Shown: positions 36,724-48,844 of the stretch, in pieces | Numbering within the stretch: the stretch's first letter is position 1 | Layout of the letters: each line of letters opens with the position of its first letter | Notes under the pieces: model-generated | Databases searched by the model: none | What the model saw: the letters and a program-made list of their open reading frames with translations, nothing else | What the model was told of the DNA's origin: nothing | Origin: Ramazzottius varieornatus | Taxonomy: Eukaryota; Animalia; Tardigrada | DNA: 64,000 nucleotides | Reading direction: 5' to 3' | Assembly: GCA_001949185.1 (NCBI GenBank) | Contig: BDGG01000010.1 | Coordinates: forward strand, 163,337-227,336 | Program-made: the position numbers and the translations under genes

Positions 36724-38430
36724 TCGCCACTTATACACCAATATGGGCCGGGACATTGAAGTGAGTTTACCACTCGGTGCTCAAAGTGTTAATGAAAGAT
36801 GGGTTGCATTGGCACGAAATAAGTACCAAAAATAATGTCAAAGACTGTTCAAATCTGCACACCGCAGAAGACTATTGAAAGATCCTTTCTAGAAAGGATC
36901 TTTCAAATGCCGGTGAGTCGGCGATGTCGAACTTACTGTACTTCGAGGCGTCTGAAACCAAGGCAAATCCGGATTCAAAGACGTACGGAGAGTCGATGAA
37001 GTTTGCACGAAGATACTTGATAACTGCGCACCGGCGAACCACGAAAAGGCTCTTGCTATATCAGAACAGGGAAGATATGATGTTTAATCTGTGTGGAGCT
37101 CTCACCACATGTCAGGCACTTTCTTCCTCTAAGTTGATGAATCTTGCTTCCGCTTCAGAGCTTCCCCACTCAAAGTACCGGCACCATGTATGAGCAGCCA
37201 GGCCCAATCAATGGTATTGCCCGGATGTGAGTCTCAGGGGACCGCACTTCTTTTAAGATCATGACGATCAAACAGACGGAGTAGACGAAAGGTCAATGGG
37301 CGATATCATAATCAATTGTTTCTTCGAAAATCAAGACTCCGCTTTCAGTTTGAGGACTTTCGCTTGCGGGAGGGAGGCACCAAAGAGTACTTGAAATTCG
37401 ACGCCGGAGCTCACTTCTGTGCGGATGATTTTACACAGTGCGACACAATTTAGTCTGTAATCTAGATCGGGAAGGCCCGAAAGATCGTACGGATGGCATA
37501 GGCACCAATTCCAGCCCGATGATTACCCTGTGCAATGCGATCAAGGCATCGGCATAACTTTTTGGCGTGTCGGACAGAAAAGCTAATGTGTACTTGCTAC
37601 CACAGATCAAAGGGCGCAGTATAATTAGAACGGAAATCCCAGGTACGATCGTACCAAAAAGGCCTCCCACACGTCAGAGACTCGTCGCTTTAGTGGAAAA
37701 GACACCGAACTCATGCGCGGGAAAGTATCTATTTGTAAAGTCCGAGGATGCGGGATCGATGGTTTTCGACTTGTAATGCGTTCTGCCCGTCTGTGTAATT
37801 TCAGGCTGGCGTTGTCAATTACATGACATGGTACAGCGAACGAAGCTGGGTTCCCGCTACAACACACTGACGTGAGCTATAATTAAATATTTGCAAATGG
37901 AAACGGTTGCCCACGGATTAAGCAACGCTCCCGCGAAGATAATTTTGGTTGCTTTGTATTCACATTTCACCACCGCCAAGTTGGTCGTGAAGGCCAACTT
38001 GGAGACAGTAGCCCAGGCCGTTAGGATTTTTTTCTAGACGCACCGATGAAAACCAAATTTGTGTCGGGCTTAGGTTCGGTAGAGGAAACTCTCCTGAGTG
38101 TTTCAGTTTTTTTCTGAGCGGATGCTGGGCCGGGTATGTACCTCGAGTGAAACCAGGAAATCTAGAATACCACCAAAACCGCCGGAATCTTAGGGATTTT
38201 CTCCAGAGTTTATGGCTTTTCAGAGCGTGTCGAATTTCTGACAAATTAATTTCTGGTTTGGGAGGTATTTTTCCTGCATCAATCAGTTAACTTTGGTTAG
38301 CAATTTATATTTAAAGAGCCGGAAATTAATGTGAATCAGAGTCCGAGTCTAACCTTCAGCTCAGACCGTGTGCCTGTTAATCACTTTTGCGAATACGAGC
38401 AGACTTCCGATTTTTGTACGAGGAGGTGAA

Positions 38431-38541
38431 CCTAACTTTGTCCACTGCCTAAAAACTTTGTACACTACGTCACGAGTTACTCGTAGGCACTTCAGGCTTG
38501 TGACGTAGTGTACAAAGTTTTAGCCAGTAGACATAGTTAGG
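38431..38541. repeat. 111-bp near-perfect hairpin (mini-MITE-like)
   Basis: cctaactttgtccactgcctaaaaactttgtacactacgtcac pairs with gtgacgtagtgtacaaagttttagccagtagacatagttagg. Confidence 0.8.
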
Positions 38542-38899
38542 ACCATTTCTGTTTCCCAACCAAATCTAACGAAACTTTTCATATAGCTGGAGTAGTAATG
38601 GCAGGGATGACCTATGCGGTTGATATCTATCTTTCTCTAATCTGAAACTTACGATAAAATTTATGCGGGAAACAACTGTGACTGCGCTGTTTCCTCAATC
38701 TTATTTACTGCTTCAGAGGAGTCTCAAATTAGTTCCGAGCTAGGTAAAAGATTAAACACCCTAAGTACTGCAACCATGGGCTTAGCCCATGCTTACAGTA
38801 TCCAGGGCCACGGCTTCCGTGTGCTAGCTGACAACACGCAGATCTAATTGAAGATCTGCCTTTTGCTAACTTGGAATTAACACCACACATCCCTATAAT

Positions 38900-39100
38900 C
38901 ATGGATGCCGCTTGCCATACGAAGTTGCCATGATCCTAGGAGAGGTGCACCCCCACCTCAAAGACAGCTGATCGCCAAAACAATTTCGGACCCCCAACCA
39001 GAAAAACATTGGTGGACTCCTAAGTTTCACCGCCACTTGTCCAGGGTGCACTTCCTACTGTCCGATCATGGCACGAACTTTTTGACTGCCGGCATCCACG
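38900..39100. mobile_element. ~200-bp MITE, copy 2, with perfect 8-bp TSD
   Basis: Ends catggatgccg / cggcatccacg. TSD cctataat on both sides. Confidence 0.88.
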
Positions 39101-40000
39101 CCTATAATGCTTAGAAAAGCAACGCGTAGAATGGGTGGGTCGCCTTCTACAGTAGAATCTCCTCTTCAGTTAACCTCAGATCAGGCAAGCTACAAATCTA
39201 ACAAAATTTTACCTAAAATGAAAGACAGCTTCGCTGAGACTGCTGACGCGGTTTTCGCATTTTCACTTCAATTAAGAAATGGGGAAGACTCCGCACACCA
39301 CCATAGTCTCCTGATACCACCTTTCTATTCCAAATCCTCACCGCTGTTTACTCTGTACGCCAGTTTCAAATTAAGGGCCACCACCAGGGACTTCGAGCAC
39401 CACTTTTGGTTAGATTGGTTTCATTTCTTAGTCTCAGGGAAAATAGTTGGATCACGCTTCTATCCTAATTAAGCTTCAACCTACAGGTTATGTCAAAAGT
39501 GGTGCGTGTCCGAAGAACCTTTCTTCATTCACAACAGCCTGCACACACCTCTTAGAAACTAAAGTTGTGCTTCGAGATTTTATATTCTGATTAATTAACG
39601 GTGGTGAAAAAAAGGTGTTTCGTCCAGACAAACGGTGGTGAAAAGCTTTCAACACAGCCAGCGCGGGGAACAAACCGAACTGCCCAGGGAACAGCGGTTT
39701 TTGTCGCTTGCCTGTCGGAGCAGGTACGAAAATCAGCCAGGGTGAAAGGCTTGCAGTAAAAGACAATCAGGGCCTTGGCCCATTTGACATGGCTCTACCA
39801 CCGCTTTCGTTCTTCTTTCTCGTATTGTTCGCCACTCAGTTTCCAACGGTTTTCAGTTTTTTGACGAAAAACTTTCAGTCCGTTTGGCGCATGACTTGGC
39901 CTTTACGACGTATTCCCATGAACTGAACACACGTCGGAACTGGTGAACCTGTTCTTTCCCATAACCAATAAAAGTCTTTCAGAACTACATATTCTCATCT

Positions 40001-40053
40001 TTCTACTTCATCGACAAGCTGTGAGCGAGCCTGAGCCGAAGCGAACAGCTTGT
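40001..40053. repeat. Dispersed hairpin motif, copy 1 (possible transposon terminus)
   Basis: ttctacttcatcg-acaagct-gtgagcgagcctgagccgaagcgaac-agcttgt; near-identical copy at 51248-51300. Confidence 0.65.
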
Positions 40054-41292
40054 ACTGACTACTGCTCAACAGCTGCGTTTTGGTGGTAAGATCACAGATC
40101 ATGCAAAATATATGTAACTTCGATCCAAACCGGGCAAAATGGGAATTGTGCGGAAAGGAAAACTGCGGTGTTGTGCTCACAGTGAGCACGGTGGTAATCA
40201 GGGTGTTGAACCTGCGCGGCAAAGGGGGTGGATTGTGTACGCAAAAATTAACCGTCGAAAATGGGTGTTGGATGGAGCCAGATGACAATGGCCAATGACA
40301 TTTGCCTGTGGGTCAGAGTAACGTTGGTATTGGCCGTTGGATAAATAAGCTCCAGTTTATTTGTCGCGCCCATTATCGACGGTTAATTTTTGCGTATAGT
40401 GGTACATGTGCCTACATCAGCAACCCGCCGCTAGACCAACCCTGAAGAATCAAGTTATCTGCGGAGCTCCCCCACACCTGGTCAGCGAAATAATCGTCTT
40501 TCACACAACTTATATGACTGGCAAAATCTCATTGAACGACACTTCCAGATAGTTGAAGGTGAGCCTGTCGATCATTAAGGGCTTACAAAGACTAAGCTGG
40601 CTTGGTGGTTGTGATTACACCAGCTATTTTGGTGGATACGCCCAGAAAATTATTTTGACCAGTCAGGAAAGCGGTGTAACAGCTCGCTTTGAAAGCCCCG
40701 CACTGCAGGTAAGTACGATTGGAGGATTATGAGATCTTTGATGTCGGAGGAACCACCATACACTCACTAGTAGGACGAGTAGCAAGAAACTTCATCATGG
40801 AAGTGACATTTGGAAGTTTGGAGGGGTGCACAACGCACTAGTGATGTTGTCTAAGTCTGGTGTAATTACGAGTTATTCCGGAGCGACTCGTAATTACACA
40901 GAACGTTTAACGTCTGGTGGAATGAATAGGCGAATCGTAAGGGTGTGCCAATTATATCAGCGTTGTGATTCCACCAGCGGTATAATCTGTCTTTGTGAGC
41001 CCTTATTCTGTGTCAATGTCATATAGCGTAATTACCTGAAGGCTTCCATACTAGATCGAATACGCTCCCAATGACAAAAAATACAGTATGTGTTGCCTGG
41101 GGATCTCCGCGGGAAGCGCAGACGACCTCAGTAGAGTTAGGTGGGTGCTTATGAATACATACAGGCAATCTTCTTGATCCATCTCATACAAAAGGTTCAA
41201 GAAAATGTTTCACTAATTCCTGATGAAAGTGTTCAATCGCAGGTGTGATCGAGTACGACCAATTAGAGGGTACAGAAGCTTTTTTCAGAGTA

Positions 41293-41551
41293 CAGGAGGA
41301 GTAAGCATGTGTGACTCAGTGAGGAAATGTGTGACTCAGTAGTCTCAGACGGCGTGACATGTATCAAGTATGCATTACGTTAACAGAAACACTTTCTATG
41401 TAAGATAGACAACACTGTAATTCAAACACGCGGTTCTACCGTCATAGGCTTTATTTTAATTACGAGTGTCTCATGCTTTTCTATGGATGCGCCGTCTGAG
41501 ACTACTGGGTCACAAACTTCCTCACTGGGTCACACATGCTTACTCCTTCTG
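41293..41551. mobile_element. Tc1/mariner-type MITE with TA TSD
   Basis: ~60-bp TIRs caggaggagtaagcatgtgtgactcagtgaggaa... / ...ttcctcactgggtcacacatgcttactccttctg, with internal direct repeats, flanked by TA. Confidence 0.85.
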
Positions 41552-41561
41552 TACATTAATA

Positions 41562-42829
41562 TCAGGTGATGAGGTATAACTTGTCGGCCACCAACATAAA
41601 ATTCTGTTACAACTTTCCCCAGTTTGAATCTAATCCTTTTCAATCGAAGTATTCACCATTACTATCGACACACTTTTGCCATTTTTCCGGTAGACAAGAT
41701 AGGCCTTTACGGAAGAACTCGAGAGAAAGAGAACCGGCGAAGTTCTCGAAGACACTTTTCACAGCTTCTTCGGAATTAAATTTTCTTCCTCTCAAAAAGT
41801 TATCAAAATTCAAAAAGAAGTGATAATCTGTTGGAGCTAAGTCAGGACTGTATGGTGGATGAGGAAGAGTTTCCAGACCGAGCTCGCGTAATTTGGCAGA
41901 AGTCTTTTTCGCGGAGTGAGCTTTTGCGTTGTCGTGTAGCAGCAGGGGCTTGTCACGATTGACCAACTTTGGTTGCTTGACGGTCAGCTTCTTCATCATT
42001 TCTTCCAGTTCCAGAGAGTAGTAGTCTGCTACTATTGTTTTGCCAGGAGGAAGAAAGTCATAGTGCACTATCCCTTCCATTGTCCACTAAACAGTAACCA
42101 TGATCTTGCGTTGGTGAGGCTCAGGCTTTGGAATAGTTTTCGGGACTTCACCTGGGCTCAAAATTACCTTCTTCCGCTTCCGGTTGTTGTAAAGAATCCA
42201 CTTCTCATCACACGTAACAATTCGATGAAGGAAAGGTTCGTTTCTGGAACGGTTGAGGAGAGAAAGACACACGTCCACCCGGTGCCTTTTCTGGAGTGCG
42301 CTAAGTTCATGAGGTACCCACTTTTCCAACTTTTTCACCTTACCGATCTGACGAAGGTTCAAATCGATAGTCACGGGTGATACGTTGAAGTGTTGAGACA
42401 ATACGGCAGACGTTTGGGAAGGATCGGACTCCACCAGCTTTCTCAGCTCGTCGTTGTTCACTTTCAGTTTTGGCCTTCCGTGAGGGTGATCTTCGAGACT
42501 AAAATCTCCCGAACGGAGACGAGCATACCATCGTTCCACCGTACGTTCGTTAGTGGCGTCTTCACCAAACACATTGTTGGTATTCCGAACTGTCTGTGCT
42601 GCGTTGGTGCCGCGACGAAATTCATACTCGAAAATAGTCCGTAACTTGCTCTTGTCCATGGGCGCGCCAATAACTCCACAGAGAGGGCAGAAGCAACAAA
42701 CTAACATAAACGAAGCAGCGAAAGATAGTAGACGAACACTAGCATCGACACAAAAAAAACGAGACGAAACGAGATGGATTTTTCAATGTGAGACTGGTGT
42801 GAGCCGACAAGTCATACCTTATCACCTGA
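41562..42829 (-). mobile_element. Full-length mariner transposon (1268 bp)
   Basis: 27-bp TIRs tcaggtgatgaggtataacttgtcggc / gccgacaagtcataccttatcacctga (2 mismatches), TA TSD on both sides. Confidence 0.95.
41640..42659 (-). pseudogene. Mariner DD34D transposase (Hsmar1/cecropia-like), single premature stop
   Basis: MDKSKLRTIFEYEF.. HTH region, WVPHEL, TCDEKW, LHDNA, YSPDLAPTDY. The only visible lesion is TAG at 42087-42089 in place of the W of VTVWW; both halves are in the same frame (339 codons). Confidence 0.95.
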
Positions 42830-43879
42830 TAGTACAGTCCCGCTCGATTATATCAGCGCATGTCCCTTCTTTTAGTCTATCTGAAACACGATTCGGAAGC
42901 CATACCGCTCTCACGGTTCGAAATTGCTTAGCGGTTTGAGCGACTTAACTATGTATTTTCCTTGAAGTCGTTCGGTTAACGTGCCAGAACCACACCCGGA
43001 CTAAGGCCGGGAATGCGGGGAATATTCCCATCCAAAAATTAGGACCGGGAACGTCTACCTGGGAAGACCGGGAACGCTAATTGGGGCGGGAAATACGATT
43101 AATACTAATAATAAGTTTCAAAAAAATGTAACGCAGATCACGGGTCGATCGACCGATTTCCAGATCACGAGAACGTCTTACAGGTTCTGCGGTAGCGTTT
43201 GTCGGCGTGACTTACATTTTCCCATTTCGCAATAATTCATGTTGGATCGCGTGGGACTTTCCTACCCCGGTGAATAAGGCCGTACGTCTACCGTGATTGT
43301 TGATTTTAACTACATATTCCAAGCGTGCGCGGGAAACCGTACGACTTTACAGTAACACGGCTCAGTTTTTTCGCAAATACTTCACATTAATTACTACGCT
43401 CTTACGACGCTTTCTGCTTCGTGCTGTGTATAAGATAACACTATTATCCTTAATGCTCTGATTTTTTTGTGTTGTTCGTCACGAAAACACGAGTTGCAGT
43501 CCACGGCGCCTCTTTCGTAGCACACCTCGATCACGCACAAGAAAAGGGTAGAACCAGATGGACCTCTGCGCTTCCAGCACTACTATTTCCCTCACCCCCG
43601 GCACTTCCACGTACCGATGGAGGCTACTCTAGTAGTCAACAGCCAGAATACGATGTTTCGAAACAGAAAAAATCCAGCTCGTTTTAGATTCGTGTTCGGT
43701 CACAACGTCAGTGACACCTAATTTGACCAGCATTTGAGGCTTGGATGGTGACTGGCAATCAAAATACTCATCTCGTACCTCTCTGTAACGCGTCCGACAC
43801 CCTGCCGTAAAGTTTCCGTTCAATTTAGTGAAGTTTGATCTTGAGCATCAGTTCTATCATCCTGTTCTCCCCCTTTTTC

Positions 43880-44348
43880 GAGAGCTATCTCTTCCGGATC
43901 GCTTCGGCCACATCCTACCTACTCTTCGTAGCTTGGACCTGTGCGTGTGTGTGGCAGCGCTTGCTGGGCCTTTTTGAGGCGATCTACAGCTCGAGACGCC
44001 CGGATTTCGAAGCAGGGACCGTCAGCATCCTTCAGACCGTTATCTCCCAAGCATTGCAACCCTCCAACAACGACAATCTGAGGACTGCTCAACGAGAAGG
44101 CGGCGATAGCAGCTTTGATACACTGGTGGAATCGTTCTTGAAATACGCGTCGCAAAACGGAATTCCTGAAGGATTCAACTGGAGTGAAGTCAGGGCCGTG
44201 GTTGTCACTGTCCCCAACGTCGATAACTACACCTTTGGCGGGTATCACCAGCGTATCTCGGGATACCTCGACCGATTCGGAGAGTGGGTCTCCTGAACTT
44301 CAAAGCGAGTCGTGATGCTCGTCTTCGTGCCCTTGATTGAGCGCTCAG
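43880..44348 (+). other. Coding-like orphan exon of unknown origin (one in-frame stop)
   Basis: Long open frame ...GFNWSEVRAVVVTVPNVDNYTF...WVS*TSKRVVMLVFVPLIERS, ending at a strong cag|gtaagt donor. No recognisable family. Confidence 0.3.
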
Positions 44349-44740
44349 GTAAGTCAATTATTGATTTGGTTGCTGATCGTGTTATGCTGTGTCGCGTGAC
44401 TATCAGCGGTTATTTGACCCATGGTTGATCACGTGGTTTCGGTCGTTGTTGTGAAACGCTTCATCCATTTGGAATATCCTTTGAGCCTTCTGAAGATGAC
44501 TCCGGGAAAAACGCACGCGTTTCCCCCGATCGCACGTAGGTTGCTTCCTGCGCACGTCGCCTGACATCCTCTTCTGGGCAGTATTGGTCTCTTTGAAGTT
44601 TTTCAGGTGTTTCCACAATCAACCACCTACACAAGCTCGGATAGTCGAAAACGCAACGCAATTATTCTTAACGTTCGGCTCAACTTCCCTACTAGAAACG
44701 ATAAAGTTGCTGCCTCTGGCCTCTTGAGGACGACTCCGGG

Positions 44741-47460
44741 GTGAACGTAGGCGTTCCCTCGGATCGCACCACGATGGCATCTCAAGGAAAGTCGAAAGTG
44801 AAGTGTGACTTGTGTGGTTTCTTAGCTACCTCAGAGGGTTTCCTGACCAAGCATCGAGGAAAAAGGCCATGCCAGGAAGCCCAGAGAAAGCTACGTGACC
44901 AAGCAGTCATCCTTAGCCAGTCCTCAGCAGCTGACGACGACAACCGATCCGTCAATCCTGTCAAATGATCTGTCCCGACTATCAAAAGAATACCACGTGC
45001 TGCGAGAATAACTGCAGCTTCGGCCCTCCTCGATATTGCAAGAGAGTGTGTCAGGAAGAATGATGTGGAACACTGGCAGAAACTACTTACTTTCCCCTCG
45101 GTTGCTTTCAAACTTCCAGAGCCGTCCTCTAAGAAGAAGTCTTTTACCACTCTCGTAAAAAAACATCACTAGGCCAGCTGCAGCGGTGGATATTACTGCG
45201 AAACCGCAAATTAATAATACAAAGCAGAGGAAGAAATCGATCGACAAAGACTTGCAGATGAAGAGAAGAGTGGAGCTGAAGTTGAACGGTGGCGATATCA
45301 GCGGTGCCGTTAGAGTCCTCGCCTCCGAAGATGTGATAGCCCCTATGTCAACAGGGACTCTGGAAGAGCTTCGGAAAAAGCATCCTCCCGAACATCAAGA
45401 TGCCTATTTCCCCTCGAAAGAGTGCTTTGGTCCTCCCTCGCCACCAGTCACCACGGATGAATTAATTTCAGCTGTAAGCAGTTTCCCCTGTGATTCAGCT
45501 GGGGGTCTTGATGGTCTTCGCCCTCAGCACCTGAAAGACCTGCTAGGGGGTCTGAGGGATCCTATGTCGCTACAGCTGGCGCAAGCACTTGCCGACTTGG
45601 TCGGCTTGATGCTGGATGGCAAAGTACCAGAAGATGTCTGCCCTGCCTTGTATGGTGCCTCGCTGATCGCTCTGCTGAAGAAGACAAGGGGAGTAAGGCT
45701 GATTGCGGTCGGCAACACTCTTCGGCGTCTAGCGGGAAAGATCGTCAGTAAACGAGTGATGGAAGCTACAGGCAAGCTTGTACGACCCCAACAGCTCGGC
45801 CATGGCACTAGAGGCGGCGCCGGAGCAGCAGTACATTCCACTAGAGCTTTCCTCTCAGGCCAGACAGGCTGCCAAACTTTGCTGAAACTCGACTTCAGGA
45901 ATGCATTCAATTCCGTTCAATGAGACAGGCTAATCGAGGAGGCCCAGAAGTTCCTTCCCGAGGTTTACCCTTTTATTGTTCAGATGTACAGATCGCCAAC
46001 AAATCTCATCTACGGCGAGCACGTCATCCCTTCCGCCCGGGAGGTTCAACAGGGAGACCCCCTAAGACCATTGCTGTTCTGTCTTCTGACCCGAAACCTG
46101 TCCAAGTCGCTTCAGTCGCCCTTCAATGTATGGTATCTTGACGATGCAACGCTTGGTGGAGACTTCGAACTGGTAAGCAGGGACTTCCAGACCATTGTGG
46201 AGATCGGCGCTTCTCTGGGTCTTGAGCTCAATCCGTCCAAATGTGAGTTTGTTTTCTGTGGAGGTACACTTACCCAACAGCAAGTTACACGCCAGAAAAT
46301 GAAGCTCCTCTGCCCTGGCGTAATTTTTCCGGACAGAAACACCCTAACGCTACTTGGAGCTCCAGTCATTTCGGAAGCGATCCCTTCGGTCCTAGAGAAA
46401 AAGATTCGACAAGCCGAGCTCATGACTACACGCTTGGAAAAAATCTCGGCCCACCAAGCTTTGTTTCTGTTGAAGAACTGTCTTAGTCTACCTAAGCTAT
46501 TGTATATCCTTCGTTGCAGCCCGACTTTCAGTTGCCTTCCTTCCCTTCAAGCTTTTGATGAGACCATCCGAAAATGTGCAGGTAAAATCGCCAAAATCGC
46601 GATGGACGACACGGCCTGGCGGCAGTCAAGCCTTCCCGTCAGTAGGGGCGGTCTCGGCATCAGACGCGTCGATGAACCGGCTCTCCCGGCCTTTTTGGCT
46701 TCCGTTCACTCGTCGTTCGATCTGATGGAACAGTTCTATCCTCAAGTCGACGTGAATAGTATAGTATCGCCAGCGATACACCTCTGGCAGGAACAAAGTA
46801 TCTCACAGCCTCCCATTCTCCCTCTCCGATCAGCGCAGAAGGCGTGGGACATCCCGATAGTTGACCAGCACTATCAAACCCTTCTGGATGCTAGTTCCCA
46901 AGCAGAAAGAGCCAGACTTGTTGCCGTATCAGCCAAGGACTCAGGAGCATGGCTTAATGCGCTACCCATTTCTGTTTCAGGTACTTTGCTGGACGACAAC
47001 TCGTTTCGCATCTCAGTTGGTTTGCGTCTTGGGGCTTGGCACTGTGAGCCCCATGTTTGTCGTTGCGAAAAACTTTTTGGGGCGCCACGGCTTGTCTTGT
47101 CAGTTGAGTGCCGGACGTCATTCTAGACATTCTGCTCTGAATGACTCCCTCCACCGTGCCCTCATTAGCTGTAAAGTCCCGAACGTTCTTAAGCCCAACG
47201 GGATCCTCCGAGACGACCAGAAACGACCTGACGGACTGACGCTCATCCCGTGGCAACAAGGTAAGGCTCTTGTCTGGGATGTAACCTGTGTTGACACTCT
47301 TGCAGAAACATACCAGCGAGGATCAGCGGGGCAGCTCGGTTATGCCGCCAACAAGGCGGAAGAGCTCAAGAGACACAAGTACCGCGAGCTGGATGGTCGC
47401 TACCTGTTCTGTCCAGTAGCGTTCGAAACTTTCGGCCCTTTGCAACTTTCGGCCCCTTGC
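44741..47460 (+). mobile_element. Non-LTR retrotransposon with restriction-like endonuclease, CRE-clade-like, frameshifted and 3'-truncated
   Basis: N-terminal zinc finger CDLC...H; KRIPRAAR; RT motifs SAGGLDGLRPQHL, LIAVGNTLRRL, KLDFRNAFNS, QQGDPL, WYLDD, GLELNPSKC, LPVSRGGLGIR. C-terminal CRC...HGLSC, RH, KRPDGLTLIPW, WDVT..D, K..KY (PD-D/ExK RLE). Disruptions near 44968, 45170, 45920 and 47070. Confidence 0.9.
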
Positions 47461-48406
47461 AATTGCTTTTGCAAATTGGCTTGCGTTTTGTGCATGGCTG
47501 TAGTTGATTATGAATAAATTTCCTTTTTAAAATACTCATCACATCAGGCACGACATACTCACTAAAACCACACGTTTAACTGCGACACGAGGCACAGAAA
47601 ACTGCAAGCGCAGTCTACGGACAGCTTCATATGTCTTGCGGCTATATCATAAAAGCTGCGGGGTGGGTCACAGACAGCCGTCACAGACGGCCGTAACTGT
47701 TAACGGTCCTAGGGTTGAACTATGCTGAACCGTTCGCGAGCTGGAGAACGCAAAAGTTTGTTCTTCATCATTTCATAGAGTGGAAGGATCGAGTGTTTTT
47801 CCCAGAAATGCCTCTGCTTCGCGCATCATTTGTCGTTCCGATCGTTTGTACGATCAGCCAAGTTATGTTTTGTTATGTTTTGACGTGTTTTTTCCCTTTC
47901 TCCAGAAGTACGTTTTGAATGCTGTTTGTAGCAACATGTAAAAGGTCTGCTTTCTTTGTTCGTAACTTGAGTTTTGACTTAGAGGTTGCTTACACCTTTG
48001 GTTCAAAAGTCACCAGATTTGGAAATGAGGTCCACACTTATCCTCCCATAAGATCTTGCTTAGACTGTACGTAACTGCCGAACGATTCTATGGAGTTTTA
48101 GCGTGTATTTTACTGTCGTGCTCATATACGGTAATTTGAAAATATTTATTGAAAAAATAATTAAAATAATTAATAGATTTTGGAATTACGTTCCCAGGCA
48201 AAGTCAGGCCCTTAGACCACCCCTGCCCAGAACCCTTCTGGTACTGATGATGACAGCTGAAGCTCCTCCCTAATGTGTCTACGACGAAACTCGCGTTTAG
48301 ATCCGTCTTCGTGCAGATTTCCATCACAAAGTAAAACCATAGCTCATTAGCTGAAATACAGAGATTGCAACATGGTTAAATGAAAGTATGGCGGAAACCA
48401 ATCAGT

Positions 48407-48844
48407 TTATGGAGAAATATTCATTGACTTTGACCATGGAGAACTGGCAAGCAGCCGTCGCCGGCCGTTGCTTGCAGGTCGTCGTCTTGCCTGGGACAGT
48501 GGTGGGCGCAAAACAGCAGACACAAAGTATCGCTTGGCTCGCGCAGGGCCATCCGGCAAGACATGCAGGTTATTCGACTGGTCTTCGTCCTCAGCAGCTG
48601 CATAATCATAGCCCGGATATCCTGCGAGAAAGCTCCGTTCCCCGTGGAAACTCAAGTGTTCGTCTTCGCCATTTGCCGTCGCAGAGGTTTCATCGATCCG
48701 GATATCTGGAGCGGCGATTACGTTGTCTGCCAACAGGTCCTGAGCGGGACCGTAGCCTGGGAGAGAGCGAGCTGCTGCTTGGGCGATACTCATCAGCAAC
48801 CCTCCGGCGATGAGCCAGACCACCCTGCTACTCGCAGAAGCCAT
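48407..48844 (-). CDS. Secreted peptide-precursor-like protein 2 (~145 aa, single coding exon), paralog of 14554-14976
   Basis: Signal-like MASASSRVVWLIAGGLLMSIAQA, acidic spacer, AGYP, then DGPARAKR|YFVSAVLRPPLSQA-RRR-PASN-G-RRR (furin-type RxKR site, later Gly + basic site). Confidence 0.72.
   Translation of the reverse strand: MASASSRVVWLIAGGLLMSIAQAAARSLPGYGPAQDLLADNVIAAPDIRIDETSATANGEDEHLSFHGERSFLAGYPGYDYAAAEDEDQSNNLHVLPDGPARAKRYFVSAVLRPPLSQARRRPASNGRRRLLASSPWSKSMNISP

Noticed and set aside
36924-37240. Possible degenerate PHD finger (QWYCP)
   Set aside because: The Cys/His spacing cannot be completed without several assumed frameshifts.
41640-42659. SETMAR-like domesticated gene
   Set aside because: No SET domain; intact TIRs, TA TSD and a premature stop indicate an ordinary mariner copy.
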